A stretch of DNA of 64,000 bases from Minisyncoccota bacterium. Lineage in GTDB: Bacteria > Patescibacteriota > Minisyncoccia > UBA6257 > JAGOQP01. Below the pieces are notes generated by a model. It saw only the letters and a list, made by a program, of their open reading frames with translations. It was not told where the DNA came from and did no database searches. This document shows positions 26,403 through 36,905 of this stretch, piece after piece. The first letter of the stretch is position 1. Each line of letters begins with the position of its first letter. The stretch spans positions 896 to 64,895 of the forward strand of contig JBAYWE010000003.1 in NCBI GenBank assembly GCA_041674185.1, in the 5' to 3' direction. Position numbers and translations under genes: made by a program.

Positions 26403-28193
26403 ATGAAACATAGTAAAAAACAGACAAAAGAAGAAGAACAACTTCATAAGGTCAGACATTCACTTTCTCACCTGCTTGCAACAGCGGTGCTTGAACAATA
26501 TCCTAAAACTACGTTGGGCATTGGCCCCGTCATTGATAATGGATTCTATTATGACTTTGATTTTGTGACTCCTATTTCAGATAAAGATTTAGAGGGTTTA
26601 GAGAAACGTGTGCGAGAACTTATTCAGGAAAATCTTACTTTCACCAAGAAATCAATTACTCCTCAAAAGGCAGCGCTTGCATTCAAAAAAGCTCCCTACA
26701 AAAAAGAACTCATTGCTGATTTACGAAAACAAAAGTCCCCTCTTTCTGTATATGAAACCACGCGTGGCACAGGAGCAAAGAAAGAAGTGGTGTTTATGGA
26801 CTTGTGTTCAGGGCCTCATATAAAAAACACCTCCGAGATTAACCCCGAAGGATTTAAACTCACTCATCTTGCGGGAGCCTATTGGCGCGGAGATGAAAAG
26901 AATAAAATGCTGACTCGTATCTATGGCGTTGCATTTGCAACAAAACAAGAATTAGACACATATTTAGAACTTCAAGAAGAAGCAAAAAGACGCGATCACA
27001 AAAAATTAGGTCCCGAGCTAGATTTGTTTACATTTTCTGAATTAGTAGGGGCCGGACTTCCCTTATGGACGCCCCGAGGAACTCTCGTGCGCAACTTATT
27101 GGACAATTTTGTATGGGAACTTCGTCATGCCTATGGATATGAACAAGTAGACATTCCTCACATTACCAAAAAAGATTTATACGAGACCAGTGGACATTGG
27201 GATAAATTTAAAGAAGATCTTTTCAAAATTAATACTCGTGAAGGACATCTATTTGCTATGAAACCTATGAATTGTCCTCACCACACACAAATCTATGCAC
27301 GAAAAGCATGGAGCTATCGAGAACTCCCCCAACGATACGCAAACACTACAAAAGTATATCGAGACGAACAATCAGGAGAACTTTCGGGACTTTCTCGAGT
27401 TCTTTCCATTACTCAAGATGACGCACATGTATTTTGTCGACTTTCTCAAGCAAAAGAAGAATTCTTAAAAATTTGGGATATTATTCATACTTTTTATGGC
27501 GTCTTTGGGTTTCAGCTTCGTATTCGTGTTTCGACACATGATCCGAAGCATCCTGAAAAATATTTAGGAGATACAAAAAAATGGAAGTTTGCAGAATCCA
27601 TGTTGAAAGAAATTATTGCAGAGAAGAACGTTGATTCATTCTTAGGTGTCGGAGAAGCTGCGTTTTATGGACCAAAGTTAGATTTTATGGCAAAAGATTC
27701 ATTGGGACGTGAATGGCAGGTTGCCACCATACAATTAGATGTAAACATGCCGGAACGATTTAACCTTACCTGTACAAATGAAGAGGGAAAACCTGAACGC
27801 ATTGTTATGATTCACGCGGCAATTATGGGATCTATTGAACGTTTTCTCTCTATCTTAATTGAACACTACGCGGGAGTATTCCCCGCATGGCTTGCTCCGA
27901 CACAAGTTGCCCTTATCCCTGTTTCTGATAAACAGGTTGGGTACGCAGTGATAGTTGCGCAAGATTTACATCTCAATGGTATTCGCACAAAACTATATGG
28001 TGACAACGAAACATTAGGGAAACGCATTCGTGAAGCGGAGATGCAAAAGATTCCTTATATCATAGTAGTGGGAGATAAAGAAAAAGAATCAAAAACTGTT
28101 GCCGTGCGTATACGCGGACAGAAAGAAACTCAAACTATTTCTAGTGAAGAATTTATTGAAGGTATTTTGAAGAAAATACACGATCGCTCATAG
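26403..28193 (+). CDS. thrS: threonyl-tRNA synthetase (short form without the N-terminal TGS domain)
   Basis: Editing/second additional domain HLLATAVLEQYP, the class II core (motif 2/3 region), and the C-terminal anticodon-binding domain. Confidence 0.9.
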   Translation: MKHSKKQTKEEEQLHKVRHSLSHLLATAVLEQYPKTTLGIGPVIDNGFYYDFDFVTPISDKDLEGLEKRVRELIQENLTFTKKSITPQKAALAFKKAPYKKELIADLRKQKSPLSVYETTRGTGAKKEVVFMDLCSGPHIKNTSEINPEGFKLTHLAGAYWRGDEKNKMLTRIYGVAFATKQELDTYLELQEEAKRRDHKKLGPELDLFTFSELVGAGLPLWTPRGTLVRNLLDNFVWELRHAYGYEQVDIPHITKKDLYETSGHWDKFKEDLFKINTREGHLFAMKPMNCPHHTQIYARKAWSYRELPQRYANTTKVYRDEQSGELSGLSRVLSITQDDAHVFCRLSQAKEEFLKIWDIIHTFYGVFGFQLRIRVSTHDPKHPEKYLGDTKKWKFAESMLKEIIAEKNVDSFLGVGEAAFYGPKLDFMAKDSLGREWQVATIQLDVNMPERFNLTCTNEEGKPERIVMIHAAIMGSIERFLSILIEHYAGVFPAWLAPTQVALIPVSDKQVGYAVIVAQDLHLNGIRTKLYGDNETLGKRIREAEMQKIPYIIVVGDKEKESKTVAVRIRGQKETQTISSEEFIEGILKKIHDRS

Positions 28194-28314
28194 GAATATA
28201 CTCCTCATAAAAAAAGACACGTATATAAACAATCTATTTGTATTCTGAGGATCTAATACTCCTCCAGGTAAAATCCAAACATCATCGACACACATCAACA
28301 ATAATAGATGTTTT

Positions 28315-29331
28315 TTGGGTGTTATAGATATTCCCCGAACCGTGACGATGGACATACCACCTCCTTCTATGATTTACTCATTTCATGCTAATCATGTTAT
28401 GAAAATAAGTCAACCTCAAAAAATAATCATTGTTCTTGGACCCACGGCGAGTGGAAAATCCGATTTGGCAGTAAAAATAGCGCTTTATATAAAAAAACAG
28501 AAGAACTTGGGTCTCTTCAATACGGCTATTATTTCGGCTGATTCACGACAAGTATATAAGGGATTCAACATTGGATCGGGTAAGATTACTTCCCAAGAAA
28601 TGCGGGGCATCCCCCATTATGCACTTGATATCGCATCTCCTCAAAGACGTTTCACTGTTTCTCAGTATCAACAGTATGTTAAAAAAATATTAAAAAAACT
28701 CATCAAACAAAAAACATTTCCTATACTCTGTGGAGGTACGGGTCTTTATATTGATTCAGTTTTATATAACTATATACTCCCCCATGTAAAACCAAATCTT
28801 GTTTTACGTATGCAGTTAGAAAAATTGACCACAGAAAAATTATTCCTCATGCTCACAAAAAAAGATTCTGTGCGTGCACAAACCATAGATAGACATAATC
28901 GCAGACGACTTATTCGTGCACTTGAAATACTACACGAACAAAAAACTATCCCCCCACTTGAGAAAACAGCGACTTTTAATGCTCTTATAATAGGAATCAA
29001 TCCCACCCAATCTACTTTATATAAAAGAATACACGTGCGACTTCTGAAGCGGTTGCGCGGAGGTATGATTACTGAAGTAAAACAACTCCACGCGAAAGGA
29101 CTCTCATATGCACGACTCGAATCATTCGGTCTAGAATATAGATATATCGCCCAATTTCTTCAGAAGAAATTATCAAAAAAAGAGATGGAAGAATTATTAG
29201 AAAAAGAAATTCAACACTATACGAAGCGTCAAATGACGTGGTTTAAAAAAAATAAGGATATTACATGGATAGAAAAACCAGATTTAACCAAAACACTCCA
29301 AAACAACATTCTCACATTCTTGAGAATGTGA
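28315..29331 (+). CDS. miaA: tRNA dimethylallyltransferase
   Basis: P-loop IIVLGPTASGKSDLAV and a SADSRQVYKG-like motif. The true start is probably the internal Met at about 28399 (MKISQPQKIII...). Confidence 0.85.
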   Translation: MGVIDIPRTVTMDIPPPSMIYSFHANHVMKISQPQKIIIVLGPTASGKSDLAVKIALYIKKQKNLGLFNTAIISADSRQVYKGFNIGSGKITSQEMRGIPHYALDIASPQRRFTVSQYQQYVKKILKKLIKQKTFPILCGGTGLYIDSVLYNYILPHVKPNLVLRMQLEKLTTEKLFLMLTKKDSVRAQTIDRHNRRRLIRALEILHEQKTIPPLEKTATFNALIIGINPTQSTLYKRIHVRLLKRLRGGMITEVKQLHAKGLSYARLESFGLEYRYIAQFLQKKLSKKEMEELLEKEIQHYTKRQMTWFKKNKDITWIEKPDLTKTLQNNILTFLRM

Positions 29332-29351
29332 GAATGTTGTTTTACTAGCTC

Positions 29352-30803
29352 CTATTTTGCCAACTCTTTTTCCAGCATTGTTCTCACCATTCCTGGATTT
29401 GCGGCTCCTTTGGTTTTTGCCATTACTTGCCCTACAAGAAATTGTACTACACTTACTTTTCCTTTCTTGTATTCTTCTACCACAGATACATTTCCGAGAA
29501 TAACTTCCGCGATTATCTTTTGGAGAGCAGATTCATCAGATACTTGCGTAAGTCCTTTTTGTTCAACGATATCTTGCGGTGAACTACCAGAATCAAATGC
29601 TTCTTTCAACACATCTTTTGCAACACGACTTGATATTTTATTTTCACCAATAAGCGCTACAATTTGCGCCACATGAACTGGTTTTATTTTTGATTCATTT
29701 ATAAGAATTCTGGAATCTTTTTGAATTCCTTGCAAATCACTCGCAATATAGTTGTATATCATTTCCACATTCCCTTTTGGATTTATGGCTTTTAATTCAG
29801 AGACCGCTTCTTCAAAGAAAGAACACAAAAATATATCTCGCACTAATAATTCTACCTGTTTTTCTGAAAGATTATATTCTTGCGAAAGTCGTTCTCTTCG
29901 TTGCGCAGGAAGCTCCACAATAGACGCCTTTATTTTCTCTATATCGACATCACTCAATTCTATGGAGGGTAAATCAGGATCGGGGAAATACCGGTAATCG
30001 TGTGCATCCTCTTTTGAACGCTGAGAAAATGTTTCTTGTTTTGCTTCATTCCACCCCCGTGTCTCTTGTATAATTTCTTTTTCTCTTCCTTCCTCCCATA
30101 ATGCCGTGTGGCGTTCTATTTCATATTGAACGGCACGAAACACAGCTTGGAACGAATTGAGGTTTTTTACCTCTACTTTAGTACCTAGTTTTTCTTGACC
30201 CTCTGGCGCAATGGAAATATTCGCCTCCAAACGTAAGTGCCCCTTTTCCATATCTCCATCCGAGACTCCTAAATATCGAAGTATTAATTGAAATTCTTGC
30301 GCAAATGCAACTACACTTTCTGCGCTATGAAAGTCGGGCTCAGTGACGAGTTCCATCAAGGGCACTCCAGCGCGATTAAAATCAACAAGAGAATGCTTCC
30401 CATCCGCCGCATGTGTTAACTTTGCTGTATCCTCTTCTAAATGAATGCGAGTAATTCCTATTTTTATATTGCTTTCAGGAAGCACAATATATCCATTTTT
30501 ACAGAACGGTTGATCATATTGACTAATTTGATACGCCTTTGGAAGATCGGGGTAAAAATAATTCTTTCTATCAAATTTTGAAATTTTGTTTATTTCACAA
30601 TGGAGCGCAAGTCCTGTTTTGATGACAAAATCAATTGCTTGTTTATTTGCAACAGGAAGCGTGCCTGGGTGAGCCAGACAAACAGGACATATGTTCGTAT
30701 TCGCGACTAATTGTGTTTCATCATTCAAACACTCACAAAACATCTTTGTTTGCGTCAACAATTCGGCGTGGACTTCTAATCCGATAGTCGGTATGTATTT
30801 CAT
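29352..30803 (-). CDS. gatB: aspartyl/glutamyl-tRNA(Asn/Gln) amidotransferase subunit B
   Basis: MKYIPTIGLEVHAELLTQTKMFC...GatB N-terminal catalytic domain with a C-terminal YqeY-like tail. Confidence 0.9.
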   Translation of the reverse strand: MKYIPTIGLEVHAELLTQTKMFCECLNDETQLVANTNICPVCLAHPGTLPVANKQAIDFVIKTGLALHCEINKISKFDRKNYFYPDLPKAYQISQYDQPFCKNGYIVLPESNIKIGITRIHLEEDTAKLTHAADGKHSLVDFNRAGVPLMELVTEPDFHSAESVVAFAQEFQLILRYLGVSDGDMEKGHLRLEANISIAPEGQEKLGTKVEVKNLNSFQAVFRAVQYEIERHTALWEEGREKEIIQETRGWNEAKQETFSQRSKEDAHDYRYFPDPDLPSIELSDVDIEKIKASIVELPAQRRERLSQEYNLSEKQVELLVRDIFLCSFFEEAVSELKAINPKGNVEMIYNYIASDLQGIQKDSRILINESKIKPVHVAQIVALIGENKISSRVAKDVLKEAFDSGSSPQDIVEQKGLTQVSDESALQKIIAEVILGNVSVVEEYKKGKVSVVQFLVGQVMAKTKGAANPGMVRTMLEKELAK

Positions 30804-30838
30804 ATGTTTTTAGTATATAGAAACACTTTTATTTATGC

Positions 30839-30861
30839 AAAACCCCGCTCAAGCGGGGTTT
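30839..30861. terminator. hairpin terminator between rplK and gatB
   Basis: aaaaccccgc-tcaa-gcggggttt. A T-run follows on the plus strand and a weaker U-tract on the minus strand. Confidence 0.5.
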
Positions 30862-30884
30862 ATTATTTTGCTGATTACTCGTTA

Positions 30885-31310
30885 TTATTCCACCACCTCA
30901 ATTCCCATAGAACGAGCAGTTCCTTCAATAATTTTCATTGCTCCTTCAATATTGACTGCGTTCAGATCCACCATCTTTTTTTCTGCAATTTCTTTAATTT
31001 GAGCTTTGGTTACTTTACCTACTTTATTGCGCAATGGATTCGCCGCCCCCTTTTCTATACCAGCCGCTTTACGCAACATATCAGATGCTGGAGAGGTTTT
31101 TAATTTAAATTCAAACGTGCGATCTTCATAGATAGTAATTTCTGCAGGAACAATGTTTCCTGTCATATCTTTCGTTGCTTCATTAAACTGTTGGCAGAAT
31201 TGACCAATGTTAATACCGTGTGGTCCTAATGCGGTTCCGACTGGAGGTGCGGGATTTGCCTTTCCTGCCTCAAGTTGTAATTTAATAACTGTTTTAATTG
31301 CTTTTGCCAT
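30885..31310 (-). CDS. rplK: 50S ribosomal protein L11
   Basis: [35 protein letters not shown]..., a canonical L11. Confidence 0.9.
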   Translation of the reverse strand: MAKAIKTVIKLQLEAGKANPAPPVGTALGPHGINIGQFCQQFNEATKDMTGNIVPAEITIYEDRTFEFKLKTSPASDMLRKAAGIEKGAANPLRNKVGKVTKAQIKEIAEKKMVDLNAVNIEGAMKIIEGTARSMGIEVVE

Positions 31311-31423
31311 ATCTATATAATATTTAATTTTTTAATTTTTTAAATAAATCCTAAATTCTAATTTTTAAACATTGAGGTTTAAATATTATTTAAAAATTAA
31401 AAATTGGAAATTAAAAATTCTTC

Positions 31424-32017
31424 TTATATTTTCTGTAACTGTCCTGAATCAATTTCTATAATGGTATCCCGTCCAAACACAGGCACAGACACTTTCACTC
31501 GTCCATGCTCTTCGTCTACTTCCAAAACTTTTCCTTCATAGTCGCGGAACGGTCCATCTATAATTTTAACCAAATCATCAACAACACACTCAATCTTAAA
31601 TCGCGCTTCTTTATTCTCTCCTTCACTCATGCGTGCCATAAGATATTCAATTTCATCTTGTGAAAGGGGTGTCGGCTTTGTTGAATCGGGTCCCACAAAT
31701 CCCATAACGCGAGGCGTATTCCGTACCACATACCATGAATCTTCCGAAAGGATCATTTGTACTAATACATATCCCGGATAAATCTTTTCCTCCACTGATT
31801 TCTTTTTATTATTCTTAATGCGAATTTTCTTTTCTTTTGGGACAATAACATTAAAAATTTTATCATTCATTGAAAGTGATTCGACGCGTTGTTTCAGATA
31901 TCGGGCAACCGCATCCTCATATCCTGAGTATGTATGGATGGCATACCACGCTTTCTGTGTTTTCGCTTTTTCATCAAAAGCGAGGTGTTTCGTATTTTCT
32001 TTTTTCTCTGGTTCCAT
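31424..32017 (-). CDS. nusG: transcription termination/antitermination factor NusG
   Basis: NGN domain (WYAIHTYSGYEDAV) plus a KOW domain (GPFRDYEGKVLEVD). The start is set at the Met of MEPEKKEN (32017). The ORF track extends it to 32050, which overlaps secE. Confidence 0.8.
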   Translation of the reverse strand: MEPEKKENTKHLAFDEKAKTQKAWYAIHTYSGYEDAVARYLKQRVESLSMNDKIFNVIVPKEKKIRIKNNKKKSVEEKIYPGYVLVQMILSEDSWYVVRNTPRVMGFVGPDSTKPTPLSQDEIEYLMARMSEGENKEARFKIECVVDDLVKIIDGPFRDYEGKVLEVDEEHGRVKVSVPVFGRDTIIEIDSGQLQKI

Positions 32018-32031
32018 AATGTATGTATATA

Positions 32032-32217
32032 TTACGAAGTTATAAACCATTTAATACCATAGGAAAACATCATGTCGAGAATTCCCAAAAATATAGCCAC
32101 ACTTAATGAAAAACCAATAACCACTATGGTTAAGTGTATTGTATCTTTTCGTGTCGGCCAATTTACTTTACGTAATTCCTGATATGATTCAGAAAAATAT
32201 GATTTTATTTTTGACAT
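32032..32217 (-). CDS. secE: preprotein translocase subunit SecE
   Basis: 61 aa with a single TM helix (LTIVVIGFSLSVAIFLGILD). It lies directly upstream of nusG, the conserved secE-nusG-rplK order. Confidence 0.7.
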   Translation of the reverse strand: MSKIKSYFSESYQELRKVNWPTRKDTIHLTIVVIGFSLSVAIFLGILDMMFSYGIKWFITS

Positions 32218-32293
32218 ATGTATATGTGTAATAAAAAACCCCCTTTCTCTATATACCTAACTGGGGTATATAGAGATACTACAAGCCAATGAC

Positions 32294-34315
32294 CTATATG
32301 TCAAGATTTTTTACGGTCGTTGCTCGACTTTGAATAAAGTGCTTCCGAGGAGCGACTTTTTCTCCCATAAGCACATCAAACAAGCGATCAGCCTCTTGTG
32401 CGTCATCAATATTCACCTTCTTTAGAACGCGGGTACTCGGATCCATTGTGGTTTCCCATAATTGCTCAGGATTCATTTCTCCTAAACCTTTATATCTCTG
32501 CACACTAATTCCTTTTATGGACTCACCTCCTTCTCCATTCTCTCCTTGTGATTCATCAATATCTTCAGTTTTTATTTTTTTATTTTCAGTTCTCTCTTTT
32601 TTCTTCTCTCCTTTTATTTTCTGTATTTCGAGAATAATTTTTTCTTTTTCATCATCTGAAAATGCATACCGAATCTCTTTTCCTGATTTTATTTGATACA
32701 ACGGTGGTTGTGCAATATACAAAAAACCACTCTCAATCACTGGTCTGAAATAACGGAAGAACAGGGTGAGTAATAAAGTACAAATATGAGCACCGTCTAC
32801 ATCAGCATCAGTCATGATGACGATTTTATGATATCGAATTTTTTCAATGGAGAAATCATTTCCAATGGCAGTTCCTAGTGCGATAACCATTGATTTAATT
32901 TCATTATTTGCCAACATTTTATCAAGACGCGCTTTTTCTACATTGAGAATCTTTCCTCGTAAAGGCAAAATAGCCTGATATCGTCTATCACGCCCTTGTT
33001 TTCCACTTCCTCCTGCACTGTCTCCCTCCACAATAAACAATTCTGATTCTACGGCATCTCGTGAGGTACAATCCGCAAGTTTTCCTGGTAAGGTGAGTCC
33101 TTCAAAAGGACCTTTGCGTAATACTGTTTCCTTTGCTGCTTTTGCCGCTTTCCGCGCCTTCACCGCAAGTAATGCCTTCCCCACAATTGCTTTTGCTTCC
33201 GCAGAATGTTTTTGTAAGAATTCCTTCAGTGCTTCAGAGACAATACTCTCTACGGCGCTTCGTGCAGGAGGATTCCCTAATCGTGCTTTTGTTTGTCCTT
33301 CAAATTGAGGTTCTCGTAATTTAAGAGAAACAACCGCAACTAATCCCTCACGAACGTCATCTCCGGTAAAATTTTCTTCCTTCTCTTTTATATATCCTTG
33401 TTCACGCGCATAATCGTTTAATACACGCGTCAAAGCGCTTCGAAATCCTGTTAAATGCATTCCCCCATCGGGAGTATAAATATTATTTGCAAAACTTAAT
33501 TCCTGTGTTTCCGTATCATCGTTGTAAACAAAAGCCGCTTCAACGGGCATACCATCATATTCCTTGTCTACATAAAATGGCTCATCTTGAATCTGATCGT
33601 TGTATTCATTGAGATATTTTAAGAACGAAATAATTCCTCCTTCAAAACAAAAAGAATAATATACGGGAACTTCTTCTCGTTGATCAATAATTTCGATGCG
33701 AAGCCCTTTAACAAGAAACGCTTGCTGACGTAAATGATCAATAATCTTTTTCCTATCGTATTTTATTTCAGTGAAGATTGATTCGTCGGCACGGAATGTT
33801 ATTTTTGTTCCAGTTTTTTCAGTCTTTCCAATTTTCTTAACCGCATACTGAGGGACTCCGATTTTGTATTCTTGTGTATATATACCTCCATCTTTATGTA
33901 CTTCTGCTTTCAAAGAAGTAGAAAGTGCATTTACCACCGAAACTCCTACTCCGTGTAATCCCCCCGAAACTTTATATGAATCACCACCAAATTTACCTCC
34001 GGCATGCAATGTACACAATGCTGTTTCTAATGCCGATTTTTTGGTTTTTGGATGAATGTCTACCGGAATACCGCGTCCATCATCAGTAACAGAAATAAAA
34101 CTATCTGGTAATAATTCTACTCGGATATTTTTTGCATACCCTGCCATCGCCTCATCTATAGAGTTATCAACAACTTCCCAAATAAGGTGATGCAATCCTT
34201 CAGGACCCGTTGATCCGATATACATACCGGGACGTTTGCGTACTGGCTCGAGTCCCTCTAATACAAATATATCCTTTGCACTATATGATGATTCTTTTTT
34301 TGCTTCTTTTGGCAT
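32294..34315 (-). CDS. gyrB: DNA gyrase subunit B / type IIA topoisomerase ATPase subunit
   Basis: GHKL ATPase motifs (GLHHLIWEVVDNSIDEA), the transducer, and TOPRIM motifs (EGDSAGGS, MTDADVDGAHI). A Lys/Glu-rich insertion lies near the C-terminus. Confidence 0.85.
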   Translation of the reverse strand: MPKEAKKESSYSAKDIFVLEGLEPVRKRPGMYIGSTGPEGLHHLIWEVVDNSIDEAMAGYAKNIRVELLPDSFISVTDDGRGIPVDIHPKTKKSALETALCTLHAGGKFGGDSYKVSGGLHGVGVSVVNALSTSLKAEVHKDGGIYTQEYKIGVPQYAVKKIGKTEKTGTKITFRADESIFTEIKYDRKKIIDHLRQQAFLVKGLRIEIIDQREEVPVYYSFCFEGGIISFLKYLNEYNDQIQDEPFYVDKEYDGMPVEAAFVYNDDTETQELSFANNIYTPDGGMHLTGFRSALTRVLNDYAREQGYIKEKEENFTGDDVREGLVAVVSLKLREPQFEGQTKARLGNPPARSAVESIVSEALKEFLQKHSAEAKAIVGKALLAVKARKAAKAAKETVLRKGPFEGLTLPGKLADCTSRDAVESELFIVEGDSAGGSGKQGRDRRYQAILPLRGKILNVEKARLDKMLANNEIKSMVIALGTAIGNDFSIEKIRYHKIVIMTDADVDGAHICTLLLTLFFRYFRPVIESGFLYIAQPPLYQIKSGKEIRYAFSDDEKEKIILEIQKIKGEKKKERTENKKIKTEDIDESQGENGEGGESIKGISVQRYKGLGEMNPEQLWETTMDPSTRVLKKVNIDDAQEADRLFDVLMGEKVAPRKHFIQSRATTVKNLDI

Positions 34316-34469
34316 GATGGTATGATGGTATGAAATAAAAAACGCCTAAACGTTGGCTTTATTCTATCATAAGATAATACTGAATACAACTCATTATAAC
34401 CTTAAAAAAGCAAGTATACACGCCATTTTTTAGCATAAAGCCATCTCGAAAGATGGCTTTTATAAAAAA

Positions 34470-34796
34470 CTAATATTCAAAGTCTATGAGTATACTATTG
34501 AGAGCAGCGGCATATGCAGATCGAGAACCATTTCCACAGAATTGCCACTCATTTTCTCCCTCGTTAAACTTTAGATCTAATATCCATTCCTTATTCTTAT
34601 TGAGAAGAAAAGAGTGCTGCCTTCCTGTCTGATCTATAATACTCTTGACGGCAACAGTTAAACAGCCATTCTGAATTATGGGTTTTTCCTTAAGAACGAC
34701 CTCATATCCCATTGTCCCAGGAACCATAATAACAGACCCTTCTTTGATATTATCAAACTGGTGATACTCTGCGCTTTCTTTCATAAATGACTCCAT
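34470..34796 (-). CDS. hypothetical protein
   Basis: The start is trimmed to the internal Met (MESFMKESAEY...) to avoid a 50-nt overlap with alr. I recognise no family. Confidence 0.35.
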   Translation of the reverse strand: MESFMKESAEYHQFDNIKEGSVIMVPGTMGYEVVLKEKPIIQNGCLTVAVKSIIDQTGRQHSFLLNKNKEWILDLKFNEGENEWQFCGNGSRSAYAAALNSILIDFEY

Positions 34797-34848
34797 TTTT
34801 TGTTCTAAATTTAGAGTAAAACATAATATTTTTGATGTCAATTTCTTC

Positions 34849-35994
34849 TCATTTCCATACTCTTCGTATTTTTTCAGGTAACGCAACAAGAATTTCATAT
34901 GGAATCTGAGAAGTATGTGTCATAGCAATGATTGAATTTTTATCATCTACGCGAGAGCTTATTATTTCCACTCCATTTCCTTCTACAACGTTTGGTACGT
35001 TTGATACATCAATACTCATCATATTCATACTCACCCGTCCTATAATCGGACAATACTCCCCTTTCACTTTTACATATCCTTTATTCGAGAGCCCTCGAGG
35101 AATTCCCTCAAAATATCCCACAGGTATTACCCCAATGGTCATGTCCTGTGAAGCGACATACGTACCGTTATACCCAACCTTCTCTCCCTTTTGTATGTGT
35201 TTTATACCAACCACAATTGATTCCATAGATAACACCGGGAGAAGATTTCCCTTTTGATAAGAAGGAGAATCTATTCCGTACAATCCCAATCCTATGCGTG
35301 CGACATTCGCATGAATCTTATCGGCATACAGAATACCGGCGGTAGCTTCCACGTGAGTGTATCGTATGGTAGAAAATTCTTTTTGAAAACGACCACCCCA
35401 TTCATTCCATATCTCTATCTGTCTTTGGGTCTGTGGCGAGTCTTTTGTATCTGCATCAGCAAGATGAGAACAGACTCCTTCAAGATATATATTTTTATTG
35501 TTCCGAATACTATTAATTGCTTCTAGTATATTTTCAAGCACAATACCTTGGCGATGCATGCCGGTATCTATTTTTATGTGAAATCGTGTTTTGTGAGTAC
35601 AGATATTCGCTATTTCTTTTAATTGATCAAACGAAACGATAGTGAAGATTATCCCTTTTTGTTTTGCGTTCTGTATAATTTCTGGGCGTGTATAGCCAAT
35701 GACCAATATATCAGAAATAATCCCTTCATTTTTTAGTATAAGCGCTTCATAGTACGAATCCACTACAAAAAATGGAACGTTCTCTTTGTCTAATTTTTGA
35801 GCGATCAAAATGAGTCCGTGTCCATACGCATTACTTTTAAGCACGGGCGCTACACGTAATCCAGGTTGAATAGTATTAAATAATGCGTAGTTATGCATCA
35901 GCGCTTTGCCATCCAACACAATTTTTACCAGCGGTTCGTATAAGAATCTTTTGGCACGAATTCTTCTAAAGATTTTTTTTAAGAGAGATATCAT
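34849..35994 (-). CDS. alr: alanine racemase
   Basis: PLP-lysine motif APVLKSNAYGHG and the overall Alr N-terminal/C-terminal domain pattern. Confidence 0.85.
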   Translation of the reverse strand: MISLLKKIFRRIRAKRFLYEPLVKIVLDGKALMHNYALFNTIQPGLRVAPVLKSNAYGHGLILIAQKLDKENVPFFVVDSYYEALILKNEGIISDILVIGYTRPEIIQNAKQKGIIFTIVSFDQLKEIANICTHKTRFHIKIDTGMHRQGIVLENILEAINSIRNNKNIYLEGVCSHLADADTKDSPQTQRQIEIWNEWGGRFQKEFSTIRYTHVEATAGILYADKIHANVARIGLGLYGIDSPSYQKGNLLPVLSMESIVVGIKHIQKGEKVGYNGTYVASQDMTIGVIPVGYFEGIPRGLSNKGYVKVKGEYCPIIGRVSMNMMSIDVSNVPNVVEGNGVEIISSRVDDKNSIIAMTHTSQIPYEILVALPEKIRRVWK

Positions 35995-36377
35995 AGCAAC
36001 GCAAGTTTTGATTTCATATCTTCGTAAGAAGTATAGAAAATAATTTTTTGAGCAACTCCTTTCACAGTATTAGAAATATCACTTCCCTCACGCGCAATGA
36101 CAATAATTGGTTTTTTATGAGCGTGAGCATATCCTATTTCAATACCTATCCCCACTCCTTTCTCCGAGAATTCAACAAGCAACGCATCACATGCATCTAT
36201 CTCAACAAATGTTTTTTTCATAAGTTCCTGTGGAGAGAATTTTATCTCCCCCCATTTTTCACCATCTCGAATTATACATGAAACTCTATGGGCTGGCTGT
36301 ATAAAATTATATATGTTTTCTATTAATTCACGATTCTGATTGTCCGAATAATATTTTATTGAGAGATATATTTTCAT
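35991..36377 (-). CDS. nucleoside 2-deoxyribosyltransferase-like (flavodoxin-like fold) protein
   Basis: A GIGIEIGYA motif resembling the FEIGYA motif of the nucleoside deoxyribosyltransferase family. This is a weak assignment. Confidence 0.35.
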   Translation of the reverse strand: MKIYLSIKYYSDNQNRELIENIYNFIQPAHRVSCIIRDGEKWGEIKFSPQELMKKTFVEIDACDALLVEFSEKGVGIGIEIGYAHAHKKPIIVIAREGSDISNTVKGVAQKIIFYTSYEDMKSKLALL

Positions 36378-36425
36378 ATCTTTAGTATATCAAGCAAAAC
36401 AAAAAACAGCTATCGTGCTGTTTTT

Positions 36426-36497
36426 TGTTTTATGGGGTGGCTAGAGGGAATTGAACCCTCGACACCAGTGCCACAAACTGGAGTTTTACCACTAAAC
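36426..36497 (-). tRNA. tRNA-His (anticodon GTG) with encoded G-1; CCA appears to be encoded (36423-36425)
   Basis: The reverse complement is G-GTGGCTATAGTTTAGTGGTAAAACTCCAGTTTGTGGCACTGGTGTCGAGGGTTCAATTCCCTCTAGCCACC followed by CCA. The anticodon stem is CCAGT/ACTGG with loop TTGTGGC. Confidence 0.8.
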
Positions 36498-36552
36498 TAT
36501 AGCCACCATACTTCTTCGTGTTTACACTGAGTGAATACAGTGAATCGAAGTG

Positions 36553-36624
36553 TGCCGCGGGAGGGAATTGGACCCCCGACACGACGCTCTTCAGGCGTCT
36601 GCTCTACCACTGAGCTACCGCGGC
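36553..36624 (-). tRNA. tRNA-Phe (anticodon GAA)
   Basis: The reverse complement is GCCGCGGTAGCTCAGTGGTAGAGCAGACGCCTGAAGAGCGTCGTGTCGGGGGTCCAATTCCCTCCCGCGGCA. The anticodon loop is CTGAAGA. Confidence 0.85.
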
Positions 36625-36685
36625 ATTTGGTATACAGTATAGTATATAAAATACAAGAAAAAATCAACTGAATCTCTATATTCTG

Positions 36686-36757
36686 TACTCCCACTAGGAA
36701 TCGAACCTAGATCTACTCCTTAGAAGGGAGTCGTTCTATCCATTGAACTATGGAAGC
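36686..36757 (-). tRNA. tRNA-Arg (anticodon TCT)
   Basis: The reverse complement is GCTTCCATAGTTCAATGGATAGAACGACTCCCTTCTAAGGAGTAGATCTAGGTTCGATTCCTAGTGGGAGTA. The anticodon stem is ACTCC/GGAGT with loop CTTCTAA. Confidence 0.8.
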
Positions 36758-36825
36758 AGTACAAAAGTATCGTACCTAAAAGCCTGTTGAGAATCAAGAA
36801 ATAGTGTGCTATGGTGTTTTTACTT

Positions 36826-36897
36826 CGGGGCGTAGTGTAACGGCTAGCACGAGTCCTTTGGGAGGATTTATTCCGGGTTCGAATCCCGGCGCCCCGA
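36826..36897 (+). tRNA. tRNA-Pro (anticodon TGG)
   Basis: CGGGGCGTAGTGTAACGGCTAGCACGAGTCCTTTGGGAGGATTTATTCCGGGTTCGAATCCCGGCGCCCCGA. The anticodon loop is TTTGGGA and the T-arm is CCGGG-TTCGAAT-CCCGG. Confidence 0.8.
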
Positions 36898-36905
36898 CAA
36901 AATAA

